The notes: generated from the letters alone by a model not told the origin. A stretch of DNA of 32,000 bases from Fenollaria sporofastidiosus (GCF_943169635.2 NZ_OW968186.1:1378239-1410238), one strand, 5' to 3'. Shown: positions 9,525 through 21,015, counted from the first letter of the stretch. Translations and numbers: made by a program.

Positions 9525-11251
9525 TCATTCGTTATCTCTGTGCTTTTTAATTAGTTTTAAAAGCTCCATTGCATCACCTTTGCCATCATTAATTTGTTCC
9601 AATAAATCACTCACATAGTCTTTTGATTTTAGCTTCATTCTTTTTTCAATTAATTCTTTTAGATTGATGTATGTAGATTCTTCAGATTTCTTCCTAATAT
9701 CATCAATCTCTAAAAGCGCATTATCTTTATCCGCTATATCAAAATCACTAAGTTCTATCTCATTATTGCCTTCGTACTTCGACTTTAGTAGTGGCATGTT
9801 TATCTTAAATACTTTACTATAATTATCTATAGAAATTTCATTTATTATATATTTAAAATATTTAATATCCGCTAATGCATATATTAAAAGATTCTCATCT
9901 ATAATTTCTATATCTAATTTTTTAATTTTTGGTACTTCTGGTACAGTATATTTTTCTCTGTATTTGTTAACATAATTTGTTTTTGAAACTTGATTGATTA
10001 GCAAACTCTTGTCAATAGAGTAGACTCTCGAAATGTAGTCTATATAAATTTCTCTCTCAATTTTGTCATTTATTTTTGACAATAGTCTCGACAACTCGTT
10101 AATTAGTTCTAATAAGTTTTCCGGATTGTTTACATCATAAAGCTGCATTAGCTCAGAAACTTCATATTCAACAGAGTTTTTTGCTTCATTAAGCTTGGCA
10201 GTAAAACCAGAAAGTCCATATTTTTTAATAAAATCATCTGGATCTAAGCCTTCTTCAAGCACCACAACATTAGCTTTAGCATTTATAAATCTAAGTATCT
10301 CTATAGCCTTATGTGTTGCATTTTTGCCTGCTTTGTCTCCATCATAACAAATATAAATTTTCTTTGCGTTTCTATTCAATAAGTTTGCTTGATTTATAGT
10401 AAAAGCTGTACCCAAATTAGCAACAGCATAATTTACACCTGCTTGATATAAACTCATAACATCAATATTGCCTTCAACAAGAAGTATTTTATCTCTATCA
10501 GCTTCTTTTTTATAAATATTGTAGCCGAATAGCAACTCTCTCTTCTTAAAGACAATATTTTCACTTGTATTTAAGTACTTAGGCATACTGTTATCCAAGC
10601 TTCTTGCGCTAAAGCCAAGCACATGATTATGCACATCAAATATAGGAAAGACTAATCTGTTTCTAAATACATCATATGAACTATCTTTTTCTTCTTTTAT
10701 CTTGGCTAAACCTGCTTTAACTATGAAATCTTCACTGTATCCTTTGCCTATTAAGTAATCTTTAAGTGCTGTCCATTCATTTGGCGCATAACCTAGTTGA
10801 TACTTTAAAACAGTTTCCTTGCTTAATTTCCTCTTAAGTAGATAGTCAATAGCTATCTTTGACTTTAATATTTGACTTTGGAAGAAATCAAGAGCTGTTT
10901 TATTAATATCATAAAATTTTTCTATGAGATCAATTTCAGTTTTTTTTTACTTGTTGCTTCTTGTAGAGTTATATTCGCTCTGTCAGCTAAATACTCAACT
11001 GCTTCTTGGAAACTTAAGTTCCTATACTTCTCTATAAAAGTAATGACATCCCCAGACTCTCCGCAGCCAAAACATTTGTAGTATCCATCTTTACTATTAA
11101 CATGAAATGACGGCGTCTTCTCCTTGTGAAATGGGCACAGTCCAGTATATGATGCGCCTTTCTTATCTAGTTTTATATTCTCGCCAATCACATCTTCGAT
11201 GTTATTGTACTCTTTAATTTTATCAATGACTGCTGCATTAATTACTTTCAT
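9525..11251 (-). pseudogene. dnaG: DNA primase DnaG, split by a single frameshift in a 9-nt homopolymer
   Basis: The N-terminal zinc finger CPFHKEKTPSFHVNSKDGYYKCFGCGESGD is in ORF 10922-11251. The Toprim motifs EGNIDVMS and YDGDKAG are in ORF 9525-10634. The stretch 10635-10939 is open in the downstream frame (TEIDLIEKFYDINKTALDFF...RNRLVFPIFDVHNHVLGF), so the run at 10940-10948 is the only lesion. Confidence 0.93.
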
Positions 11252-12246
11252 ATCATAACCTCATTCTTCCAAGTTTGTGGTACATATATCTTTTTAAATT
11301 CATTTATTGCATATATGTCTGACATACCCGCGATGTAATCACAAATTTCTTGATTCTTTGTTCCTTGAATCTCTTTAATATTGTCAGGAAGTTTTTCTGG
11401 ATGCTCATCATAATAATCATATAACATTGATATTATGTTCTTGGCCTTGTCATGTTCCTTAGTTGTAATTGGATTAAAATAAACTTCTTTAAACATGAAA
11501 GCCCTTAAGGCAAGCATTGCTTCACCAACTTCATCAGACATTTTATATAGTTTTGTCCATAACTTTCTTTAAGTATATCTGTAATCATAGTATTGATTCT
11601 CTTTGAGTGAGAATCGCCTAAAATTTCAATAAGATCTTTTGGTATATCTTTCTCGTGCAAAACACCAGCTCTGATTGCATCATCAATATCATGATTGATA
11701 TATGCAATTCGATCTGCAAACTTAACTACTCTACCTTCTAAAGTATATGCTTCGTTCGCTCCGCTATGGTTTACAATTCCATCTCTAACTTCGTCGCATA
11801 AGTTAAGTCCAAACTTTCCATTTCTTTTCTCAAGCACGTCAACAACTCTTAAGCTTTGTTCATAGTGCCTAAATCCGCCTAAATCCTTACATTTCTCATT
11901 AAGTGCGCTCTCTCCAGCATGTCCAAATGGTGTATGCCCTAAGTCATGTCCCAAAGATATCGCTTCAACTAAATCTTCATTAAGTCTTAAAGCTCTAGCA
12001 ATGGTTCTGGCTATTTGGCTAACTTCAAGTGTATGTGTAAGCCTTGTCCTAAAGTGATCTCCTTTAGGCGCTAGAAACACTTGAGTCTTGTGCTTAAGCC
12101 TTCTAAATGCTTTTGAGTGTAGAATCCTGTCTCTGTCTCTTTGGAAGTCGGTTCTTATATCACACTTTTCCTCCGAAACTTTTCTTCCTCTACTGTCCGA
12201 ACATTTGCATGCATATTCCGAAAGGTAAGAATCTTGAAATTTTCAT
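11248..12246 (-). pseudogene. dGTP triphosphohydrolase-like HD-domain protein, frame-disrupted
   Basis: HD motif: [15 protein letters not shown]. The upstream frame reads [56 protein letters not shown], with the ATG at 12244-12246 off by one in an A run. The C-terminal fragment 11248-11541 rejoins by adding one base at 11541-11544. Confidence 0.88.
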
Positions 12247-12267
12247 ATTTTCTCTAAAATTAATCAT

Positions 12268-13080
12268 TCATCTCACCAAAATTTTACTCAAACTATCTAT
12301 TATAATTGAAGCTGTCTCTTCTATAGCTTTATTTGTAACGTCAATAACCTGGCATCCAAGTTTTCCCATAATTTCCTTAGAATATCTAAGCTCTTCGTTA
12401 ATTCTATCTGTGCAAGCATAGTTGCATATATCTTCTATACCTAAAGACTTCATTCTTTCTATTCTGATTTCATTAATCTTTCTATCAGAAGCAATGAGAC
12501 CAAATATCCTTCTTTTGTCCTTTTCAAATAAAAACTCACTAGGTTCTATCTCTGGAAGTAACGGTACGTTTGCTACCTTGTAATTCTTATTAGCTAAATA
12601 CATAGAAAGAGGTGTCTTCGAAGTCCTTGATATACCTAGAAGAACAACGTCAGCAAGGATAATGCCTCTAGGATCCTTTCCATCGTCATACTTAACTGCA
12701 AACTCGATAGCAGAAACCTTATCAAAGTACTCTTGGTCAAGTCTTCTAATAAGTCCTGCCTCTCTAATAGGTGCTTGATGTAAAACTGATTCAATAGAGT
12801 CCAAAACTTTACTCATAACGTTAACAGTTGGAATATTATATTTTCTTCCTAAGCTTTCAATATAATGTGCATGATCTTCCAATACAGTTGTAAATATAAC
12901 AACTGAAGGAACTAGTTTTGCCTTTTCAAAGATATTAAATATCTTGTCCTTGCTGTCAACATAAGGGAACCTCTTAATCTCGTAAGCGTCTGGTGAAAAT
13001 TGCTTGATACATGATCTAGCAATCTTTCCAGCTGTTTCACCTATAGAGTCTGAAATTACAAATATAGTTATTTCGTTCAA
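12268..13080 (-). CDS. Pyruvate,phosphate dikinase regulatory protein (PDRP, YqfL/DUF299 kinase-phosphorylase)
   Basis: Intact 270-aa ORF with the P-loop-like GISRTSKTPLSMYLA. It uses a TTG start directly after the glyS stop, behind the RBS GAGGAG. Confidence 0.9.
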   Translation of the reverse strand: MNEITIFVISDSIGETAGKIARSCIKQFSPDAYEIKRFPYVDSKDKIFNIFEKAKLVPSVVIFTTVLEDHAHYIESLGRKYNIPTVNVMSKVLDSIESVLHQAPIREAGLIRRLDQEYFDKVSAIEFAVKYDDGKDPRGIILADVVLLGISRTSKTPLSMYLANKNYKVANVPLLPEIEPSEFLFEKDKRRIFGLIASDRKINEIRIERMKSLGIEDICNYACTDRINEELRYSKEIMGKLGCQVIDVTNKAIEETASIIIDSLSKILVR

Positions 13081-15161
13081 TTAAATCTCCTCTATTTCTT
13101 TAAAATCTAAAATGGAGTTAAATTCATTTAGTATTAATGATATTAATGAAAGTCTGTTGTTCTTTATTATTTTATTATCAACTAAAACCATAGTTGAGTC
13201 CAAGAATTTATCAATGCTTTCTTTGTAAGTAGCAAGTATCTTAATTGCTTCTGTTATATCTATATCGGAAATATTTTCTTCCTTTGCCTTCAAATCTTGG
13301 TATAGAACGAATAATTCTTTTTCACTCTCTTCCATTATGTCTTGGTTAGGATCAACTTTTTCAAATTCTTTTCCTTTTGATATCTGATATATTCTCCTAA
13401 ACGCAGCTAAAGCATCTTTAAATTCATCACTGTCTTTAATTCCATCTAACTTTGTTAGGACTTGTTTTATAGTTAATAAATTTAAGTCTTTATGTTTATT
13501 CATAACAGCGTTTATTAAATTTGCATCATAGTTACTATCTTGCAATATACCTATGAACCTTGTCTTAATATAATCTAAAACATTCTTCTTAACCTCGTCG
13601 TAATCAAACTTTAATTCATTTATATTGACATAGTTGTACAATGTTTCTTCAAGTAAGGAATCTATAGATACATCCAAAGACTTTTCTAATACTATATTTA
13701 TAATACCCAAAGTAGCCCTTCTTATACCAAATGGGTCTTGTGATCCACTTGGTTTTGTGCCGATTGAGAATAAACCTGATATTGTATCAAGTTTATCTGC
13801 TACAGCAAGTATTACTCCTGCAGTAGTGCTTGGAAGTGAATCTTGGGCATATCTTGGTAGATAGTGTTCATATATTGCTTCTTGCACACCTACAGTTTCT
13901 CCTGATAGCTTAGCATATATCTTTCCCATAACGCCTTGAAGTTCAGTAAACTCTACAACTAGCTTAGTTGCAAGGTCAGCTTTTGATAAATATGCAGCTC
14001 TCTTAGTAGTCTCTACTGTCTCTTCTCCAACATTTAGGTCTTCACAAATCTTTTCAGATAGTTTAATGTTTCTTAATGTTTTATCGTATAATGTTCCAAG
14101 CTTATCTTGGAAGACAATTGTTCTTAAATCATTAACATAGTCTTCTAAGTTTTTCTTCCTATCTTCATTAAAGAAGAATTTAGCATCTTCCAGCCTAGCA
14201 GCAAGAACTTTTTCATTCCCTTTTCTAACTATGTCAAGATATTTATCGTCACCATTTCTAACTGTAATGAAGTGATTCATAAGTCTGTTCTTTGAATCTA
14301 CAACTGGGAAGTATCTTAAGTGATCCTTCATTGGTGTGATAACCACTTCATCAGGAAGCTCAAGATATTGATCCTTAATAGTTCCAAGTAGTGGTGTTGG
14401 ATATTCAACTAAGTTTGTTACTTGATCAATGATAGCTTCATCATTTTGTATCGATCCACCAACAGATTTAGCAAGTCTTTCTGACTCTAGTCTAATTCTT
14501 GCTTTTCTTTCGCTGTTATCAACAATAACAAAGTTATCTTCCATAATCTTCATATAGTCATGAGCATCAGATATCTCTATATCCTTCTTAGATAAAATCT
14601 GTGACCATTTGTTAAATTTGATACTCTTATATTCTCTAAGTTAAATTTAACAACTATGTCATTATAAAAGAGACAATCCATCTAATAGGTCTAGCAAATT
14701 TTAAGTCTCTTCCGCCCCATTTCATAGATTTTGGAAAGACTATCTTTCTAATAATACTTTCTGCGTTTCGTTCAATAAGCTCTGTAAATGTTAAGCTCTT
14801 GTGCTCTACATTAGCAAAAACATATTCAGTGCCACCCATATCTTTAAAGAAAATATCTTTTACATCTAAGCCCTTTGACTTTAAAAGCCTTGAAGTGCCT
14901 TTGTTGGGTTGCCAGCATCATCAAAACTAATTGACTTAGAAGGACCCTTGATTTCTTCTTTTCTATGCTTTCATTTTCTATGATATTGTCAATTATAGTA
15001 GTAATTCTTCTTGGTGTTGTATATACGTTTACTTCATAATCTTTGTATGAGTTTTCATTTAATAATTTCAAAAGCACTTTTAAATTGTTCTATAGCTAAT
15101 TTTGAATAACTAGCAGGTAGCTCTTCCATACCTACTTCTAATAAATATCTATTTGCCATCA
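13081..15161 (-). pseudogene. glyS: Glycine--tRNA ligase beta subunit GlyS, at least 4-5 frameshifts in the N-terminal third
   Basis: The 490-aa C-terminal ORF plus fragments 14654-14839 and 14844-15077 join into a single GlyS. The start [19 protein letters not shown] overlaps the glyQ stop. Joins such as ...RPIRWIVSFYNDIVVKFNLENIRVSNLTNGHRFLSKKDIEISDAHDY... are recovered by adding one base at 14666-14669, 14594-14597 and 14883-14886. Confidence 0.92.
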
Positions 15162-16037
15162 TTAAAACCTACTTTCTTAGTAAATGGAAAGCCCATCTCT
15201 TTTCTTTGTTCTACGTATTTACTTGCTATTAGCTTAGCCAAACTTCTAACCTTTAGTATATAGTTTGCTCTTTGCGATACTGATATAGCTCCAAGTGCAT
15301 CAAGCACGTTGAATGTATGTGAGCACTTTAGTACATAGTCATACGCTGGTAATATAAGTCCTTTTTCAATAATTCTCTTGCATTCGGCTTCATATCTTTC
15401 AAACATCTCTTGTAGTAAGTCCTTGTCTGCTAATTCAAAACTGTAAACAGAGTGCTCATACTCAGCTTTCTTGAATATATCACCATATGTGAAATTTTCA
15501 TTCCATTGTATATCGTAAACATTGTCAACATCTTGTAAGTACATAGCAATTCTCTCAAGACCATATGTTAGCTCTGAGGATTCAATGTCTAGATTAAGTC
15601 CACCGACTTGTTGGAAGTATGTGAATTGAGTTATCTCCATACCGTCAAGCCAAACTTCCCAGCCTAGTCCCCACGCACCAAGTGTAGGTGACTCCCAGTT
15701 ATCTTCTACGAATCTTATATCGTGTTTTAACGGGTCTATGCCAATCGCCTTCAAGCTATCCAAGTACAAATCTTGAACATCATATGGCGATGGTTTTAGT
15801 ATTACTTGCAATTGATGGTGTTGGTAAACTCTGTTTGGATTTTCACCATATCTTGCATCCGCTGGCCTTCTTGATGGTTCTACATATACAACTCTCCAAG
15901 GCTCAGGTCCTAGTGATCTAAGAAAAGTGTGGATTCATTGTTCCTGCACCCTTCTCGACATCATAAGGCTCCATTACTAAGCAGCCTTTATCCTTCCAAT
16001 AATTTAGTAAATTCATCATTAAATCTTGAAAATACAT
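15149..16037 (-). pseudogene. glyQ: Glycine--tRNA ligase alpha subunit GlyQ, one frame disruption
   Basis: ORF 15149-15811 contains [23 protein letters not shown]. The N-terminus [37 protein letters not shown]...[32 protein letters not shown] starts at the ATG 16035-16037 behind the RBS GAGGAGG. The frame slips near 15920-15930. Confidence 0.92.
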
Positions 16038-16103
16038 TTTGTCCTCCTCAATATTTGACTTTAAGAGTCTTAAATTCGTCTTTATCAAAATATAAAATAT
16101 AAT

Positions 16104-16759
16104 TTATAAACAAAGTTTTAAATTTTTATATTTATCATTGTATTCAACATTAATTAAGTCTTTAAATTTGCTGTCAAGCAAAAATTGATAAAGCTTAGTT
16201 CTTCTTTTATAAGTAAGTTCTTTTATAGTTACTAAGTTCAGCTATTATTGTTCCATGTTCAAATTCAAATCTATAAGTATCTACTTTATCTCTTAATTGT
16301 ATTCTAGGAAAGTATCCTAATAAATATATGAGCTTTAGTATAAATGCCAAGATAAATAATTCTGCTCTTTCTGGATAAATATCCATAATATTTACTAGTG
16401 TGATTATCATCGAGTAAATATACTCATCTGACTCCTGAGTATTCAAAAGCGTTGATAATAGCTCTGATAAAAAGCAAAATTGTGAATCTTTTAATATCTG
16501 CGTTCATTAGCTGAGCTGAATATAATACCTTTGAATCATTTACTAAGAATAATTCTTTATACTTAGATAGCATGAACACTGACTCTGTAAATACAAATGA
16601 ACTTCTTGAAACATTGCTTCTCAAATCATAAGCGCTTCGTACATAAGCTTTTATACGCCCAGCATTAACCGTGTATATTTCAAGTATTTTGCCGTTCTTT
16701 TCATCGCTCTTGCTAGCAATAACTATGCCTCTGTACTCTTCGGACTTACTTGTATCCAA
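16104..16759 (-). pseudogene. recO: DNA repair protein RecO (no zinc finger evident), frame-disrupted; the C-terminus probably extends beyond the track ORF
   Basis: Fragments 16424-16759 (OB-fold-like N-terminus, TTG start overlapping the era stop) and 16207-16446 form the gene body. A third frame stays open from about 16240 to the TAA at 16104-16106 and reads ...ELTYKRRTKLYQFLLDSKFKDLINVEYNDKYKNLKLCL. An open frame of that length is unlikely by chance in such AT-rich DNA, so the true 3' end is probably 16104, but this end is uncertain. Confidence 0.65.
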
Positions 16760-17622
16760 AAAACTTCACCTGGTCTTCGTTCTTTCTCCAATTCTTGGCA
16801 ACCTTAACATTTAATTTAAGATTAACTTCTGTATCAAGCATGGCTTTTATATCTTTCTTTGCAGCAAGTCTAATCTTTTTAATCATAGAGGCTTCTTTAC
16901 CTATGACCATGCCCTTGTGGCTTTCTCTCTCACAATAAATGATTGCATCTATGTTTACAGCATCTTCTTTTTCTTCATACTTAAGTATTTCAATGTTTAT
17001 CCCATGTGGTATCTCATCTGATAAAAAGTTTAGGCACTTTTGTCTAATAATCTCTGAAACGATAAACTTCATTGGTTTATCAGTTAAATATTCACCATCA
17101 TAATACATAGGACCTGGTTTCAATACTTTTTTTATTTCATCTAGAAGCTTATCCAAGTTATCATCATTAGCCGCACTTATTGGAACAGTAATTGAATTAA
17201 GTTTTCTAGAATTTATCTCGCCTATAATTTCTTCTATATGAGATTCGTCTTTGTCAATTTTATTGATAGCAATAACTACATTCTTGTTTGCACTTGTAAC
17301 TATGTCCATAAGTTCTTTTTCGCCAGCTTTAATAGGTACAGATCCATCAATTATGTATAGTATCATATCTGCATCCTCTAAAGCGGCTCTCATCACCTTA
17401 TCCATGTAGTCGCCTAACTTGTTTTTCGCAATTTGATAGCCAGGAGTATCCATGAATATAATTTGTGCATCATCATCTGTATATAAAATTAATTATATCT
17501 CTAGTAGTTTGTGGTTTATCTGAGATGATAGATATGTTAAACTTAACAAGTTTATTAAGTAGTGTTGATTTACCAGCATTGGGTCTACCTACAACCGCTA
17601 CATAGCCTGATTTAAATTCCAT
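16746..17622 (-). pseudogene. era: GTPase Era, one frame disruption near the N-terminus
   Basis: The N-terminus [26 protein letters not shown] (G1) starts at the ATG 17620-17622. DTPG, NKID and the KH domain are in ORF 16746-17453. The frame slips around 17480-17500. Confidence 0.92.
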
Positions 17623-17643
17623 TGTTTCACCTCTTTTACTCAT

Positions 17644-18021
17644 CTAATGAAAAGATTCTGGGAGCAGATCTTTTATATTATAAATTTTATAATCATTTAC
17701 ATCCTTTGCAACTATAATCTCGCAGTCTTTAGTGAACTCGCTTATGAACTGTCTACACGCACCGCATGGCATAGGATATACATCCACATTTACAATTGCT
17801 ATACGTTTAATGGACCTAGAGTCAGAGCTTACTATTGCATTTGCTATTGCGCTTCTTTCTGCACATATTGTTAGACCATAAGATGCATTTTCGATATTGA
17901 CTCCAGTATAAACATTGCCATCATCCATCTCTACTGCTGCAGCAACCTTAAATTTAGAGTATTTACTGTATGATCTATCTAAAACTTTAAGTGCCGATTC
18001 AATAAGCCCTTTAGTATCCAT
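17644..18021 (-). CDS. cdd: Cytidine deaminase
   Basis: Intact 125-aa ORF with the zinc motifs CAERSAI and PCGACRQ. Confidence 0.93.
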   Translation of the reverse strand: MDTKGLIESALKVLDRSYSKYSKFKVAAAVEMDDGNVYTGVNIENASYGLTICAERSAIANAIVSSDSRSIKRIAIVNVDVYPMPCGACRQFISEFTKDCEIIVAKDVNDYKIYNIKDLLPESFH

Positions 18022-18072
18022 TAGCGTCCCTCCAAGCTTTTATTATATAATATTTTACGCTTAATTTCAATA

Positions 18073-18517
18073 CTAACGTGTAATATTAAGCTCGTCTAAT
18101 ATATCTCTTTGTCTCTGTTCCATAATAACTCTATCATCGTCTTCAATATGATCATATCCCAAAAGGTGAAGTATGCTATGTGTGAATAAAAACATAATCT
18201 CTCTTTCAAGACTATGCCCATACTCTTTTGCTTGCTCCACAGCAACATCATATGAGATGACTACATCGCCTAGCAAGGTTTCATCTGAAGAGAAGTCTTC
18301 GATAAGTGGAAATGATAAAACATCTGTAACTTTATCAATGTCCCTGTACTCTCTGTTCAAATCTTGTATCTCTTCCTTTGACACGTAAGTAAGGCCCACT
18401 TCATAATCGTCATTAAGCCCTTCTTTTTTTAATGCTAGAGATGCTATCTTTTTCATTGTGTCTTCATAACCTGCTTCTATAGGATAGTTGTTTTCGTTAT
18501 TAATTACTATATCCATC
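18073..18517 (-). CDS. ybeY: Endoribonuclease YbeY (as sequenced, read in frame from phoH with no intervening stop)
   Basis: The segment [10 protein letters not shown]...DVLSFPL...[41 protein letters not shown] carries the H-x3-H-x5-H zinc motif. It is the C-terminal 148 aa of ORF 18073-19140. Confidence 0.9.
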
Positions 18518-19499
18518 TTTTCTTCTCTTTCTTCACTTTCTTTATTAAGCTTCTTACTTTCATAAAGATTATAAGCTTCAATGATTCTTTGAACCAGTAT
18601 ATTTCTTACAACGTCAGTTTGAGTAAGCTCTATGAAGCTTATGCCATTGATATTTCTAAGTATATGACTGGCCGCTATAAGTCCAGACTTCTTACCCTTT
18701 GGTAAGTCTCTTTGAGTAATATCACCTGTAACAATCACCTTAGAGTTGAAGCCCATCCTTGTTAGGAACATCTTCATTTGCTCTTCTGTAGTATTTTGTG
18801 CTTCATCAAGTATTATGAAGGCTTTATCTAGTGTCCTTCCTCTCATATAAGCAAGTGGCGCTACTTCTATAAGTCCTCTTTCAGCATTTTTTTCATATTG
18901 CTCCTTGCCCATAATCTCATATAGAGCATCATAGACCGGCCTTAGATATGGATCAACCTTTTCTTTAAGGTCACCCGGTAAGAATCCTAGGTTCTCACCT
19001 GCTTCTACAGCTGGTCTTGTTAATATAATCTTAGATACTTCTTTATTTTTAAAAGCATTAACCGCCATAGCTATAGCCAAATATGTTTTGCCAGTACCTG
19101 CTGGTCCTATACCGAAGGTTATTCCAGACTTTCTAATCATATCGACATATCTTTTTTGACCAATAGTCTTAGGTCTTATAGTCTTTCCTTCACTAGTTAT
19201 AGCTATAACATCTTTTGTATATCGTATAAGAGGTTCTCTTTCGCTTTTTTAACTAAGTTAATTGAATAATATATGTCCTCCTTACTAAGTGATTTTTGAG
19301 TGTCTATAAGGCTCGATAAGGCTTTTATCAATCTTTCAGCCATAGCTTCATTCTCTTCATTGTTAGAAGCTATCAATATCTTATCTGAGCGCATATCAAT
19401 CTTAATATCAAGTTCCTTCTCAATTATCTTGATGTTAGAATCTAAATTTCCGGCTAACGCCTCTTGTTTGTTGCTATCAAAATTAAGTTCTCTACTCAT
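18518..19499 (-). pseudogene. phoH: PhoH-like ATPase, one frameshift; lacks its own stop codon as sequenced
   Basis: Walker A is [11 protein letters not shown] and Walker B is ILDEAQN. The N-terminal fragment 19203-19499 rejoins (…[42 protein letters not shown]…) by adding one base at 19213-19216. The 3' end runs ...[23 protein letters not shown] directly into the ybeY ATG. Confidence 0.9.
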
Positions 19500-20010
19500 T
19501 AATCCTCCTTAGTGCTAGTGGTTTATCTAGTATCTCTTTCATGATTATGGCCTTTGCCACATTGGTTTGTGAAAATTGTATGCTTTCGTGTTCATAATCA
19601 AAGTCTTCATAAACATTCTCTTCTACTTTTACCATTTCCTCATGCTCACTCTCATGCTCTTCTGTCTTCTTTGCCTTAAATTCGCGAAGTCTGTCTTTAA
19701 TGTCCCTTGACAAATACTCATCAAGTTCTCTTGACCTATCAGAAAAATAATCATCAGCCTTAGCTTTGTAATCATCACTGATGGCTTCATCATAGTGCTT
19801 TTCCAAGTTGCCTATCTTTTTAACCTTTTCATCTGTCTTGATATTCTTAGGCTTCTTACTGTTCTTATTTTCCTGCATTGCTCTTTTATAAATTTCATCA
19901 AGTTTTTTAGTAAGATCACTGTTTTTCTTTTTCTTATTGGCTTCCGACAAAACTGTAGCAAGAGAAGATATTAGCATAAAGCAAAACGCTAATACAAATA
20001 ATATATCCAT
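19492..20010 (-). CDS. Hypothetical membrane-anchored, highly charged protein (occupies the yqfB position downstream of floA)
   Basis: Intact 172-aa ORF. It has one N-terminal TM helix (MDILFVLAFCFMLISSLATVL) followed by a K/E/D-rich low-complexity region. I recognise no family motif, and the placement is by synteny only. Confidence 0.5.
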   Translation of the reverse strand: MDILFVLAFCFMLISSLATVLSEANKKKKNSDLTKKLDEIYKRAMQENKNSKKPKNIKTDEKVKKIGNLEKHYDEAISDDYKAKADDYFSDRSRELDEYLSRDIKDRLREFKAKKTEEHESEHEEMVKVEENVYEDFDYEHESIQFSQTNVAKAIIMKEILDKPLALRRINE

Positions 20011-20024
20011 ACTTTTCTACTTAT

Positions 20025-21014
20025 CTAATTTTGTGTATCGGATATGGATTTTCTCATATCGGTATCTGAATTGATATTATTCATCTTGTAATAATCCATA
20101 ACTCCTAGGTTTCCATTCTTTAATGCTTCGGCGATTGCTAGTGGAACTTCTCTTTCAGCTTCGACAACTTTTGATTTCATCTTTTGAACCTCAGCCTTCA
20201 TTTCTTGTTCGCTTGCAACAGCCATAGCACGTCTTTCTTCAGCCTTTGCTTGAGCTATCTTCTTATCAGCATCAGCTTGATCCATAAGTAATTTAGCTCC
20301 TATGTTTCTACCTACGTCTATGTCTGCTATGTCTATAGAAAGTATTTCAAAAGCTGTTCCAGAGTCAAGACCCTTCTTTAGAACTGTCTTTGAGATACTG
20401 TCAGGATTTTCAAGAACATCCTTGTGGCTTTGTGCACTACCTACTGTAGTTACAATACCTTCACCAACTCTTGCGATGATAGTTTCTTCTCCTGCACCGC
20501 CGACTAATCTCTCGATATTAGCTCTAACAGTTACTCTTGCTTTTACAACAACTTCTATACCATTCATAGCAACTGCAGATATATTTGGTGTTTCTATAAC
20601 CTTAGGGTTAACGCTAACTTGTACAGCTTCTAAGACATTACGTCCTGCAAGGTCGATAGCAGCTGCTCTTGTAAAGTCTAGCGGTATATCAGCTCTTTGT
20701 GCAGCTATAAGTGCATCTACGAGTGTATCTACGTTACCACCAGCTAAGTAGTGAGCTTCTAGTTCATTAACTTTAATGTCTAGTCCAGCCTTTGTAGCCT
20801 TAATCATTGGGTTTATGATCTTGCTTGGTGCAACTCTTCTAAGTCTCATACCAGTAAGTGTTGCCATGCTAACCTTAACTCCTGAGAAGAAAGCTGTTAT
20901 CCACAAGCCAATTGGTACAAATGAAAAGAATATACTTAAGACTATTAATCCAAGTATAACAATTATAAATCCTCCTGATGCTAAAACATTAATAATGTTT
21001 CCTAATAAAAACAT
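20025..21014 (-). CDS. floA: Flotillin-like protein FloA (YqfA/UPF0365)
   Basis: MFLLGN...[30 protein letters not shown]...[25 protein letters not shown] closely parallels B. subtilis FloA. The start is moved to the ATG at 21012-21014, behind the RBS AAGGAGG, rather than the track's start of 21035. Confidence 0.9.
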   Translation of the reverse strand: MFLLGNIINVLASGGFIIVILGLIVLSIFFSFVPIGLWITAFFSGVKVSMATLTGMRLRRVAPSKIINPMIKATKAGLDIKVNELEAHYLAGGNVDTLVDALIAAQRADIPLDFTRAAAIDLAGRNVLEAVQVSVNPKVIETPNISAVAMNGIEVVVKARVTVRANIERLVGGAGEETIIARVGEGIVTTVGSAQSHKDVLENPDSISKTVLKKGLDSGTAFEILSIDIADIDVGRNIGAKLLMDQADADKKIAQAKAEERRAMAVASEQEMKAEVQKMKSKVVEAEREVPLAIAEALKNGNLGVMDYYKMNNINSDTDMRKSISDTQN

Positions 21015-21015
21015 A

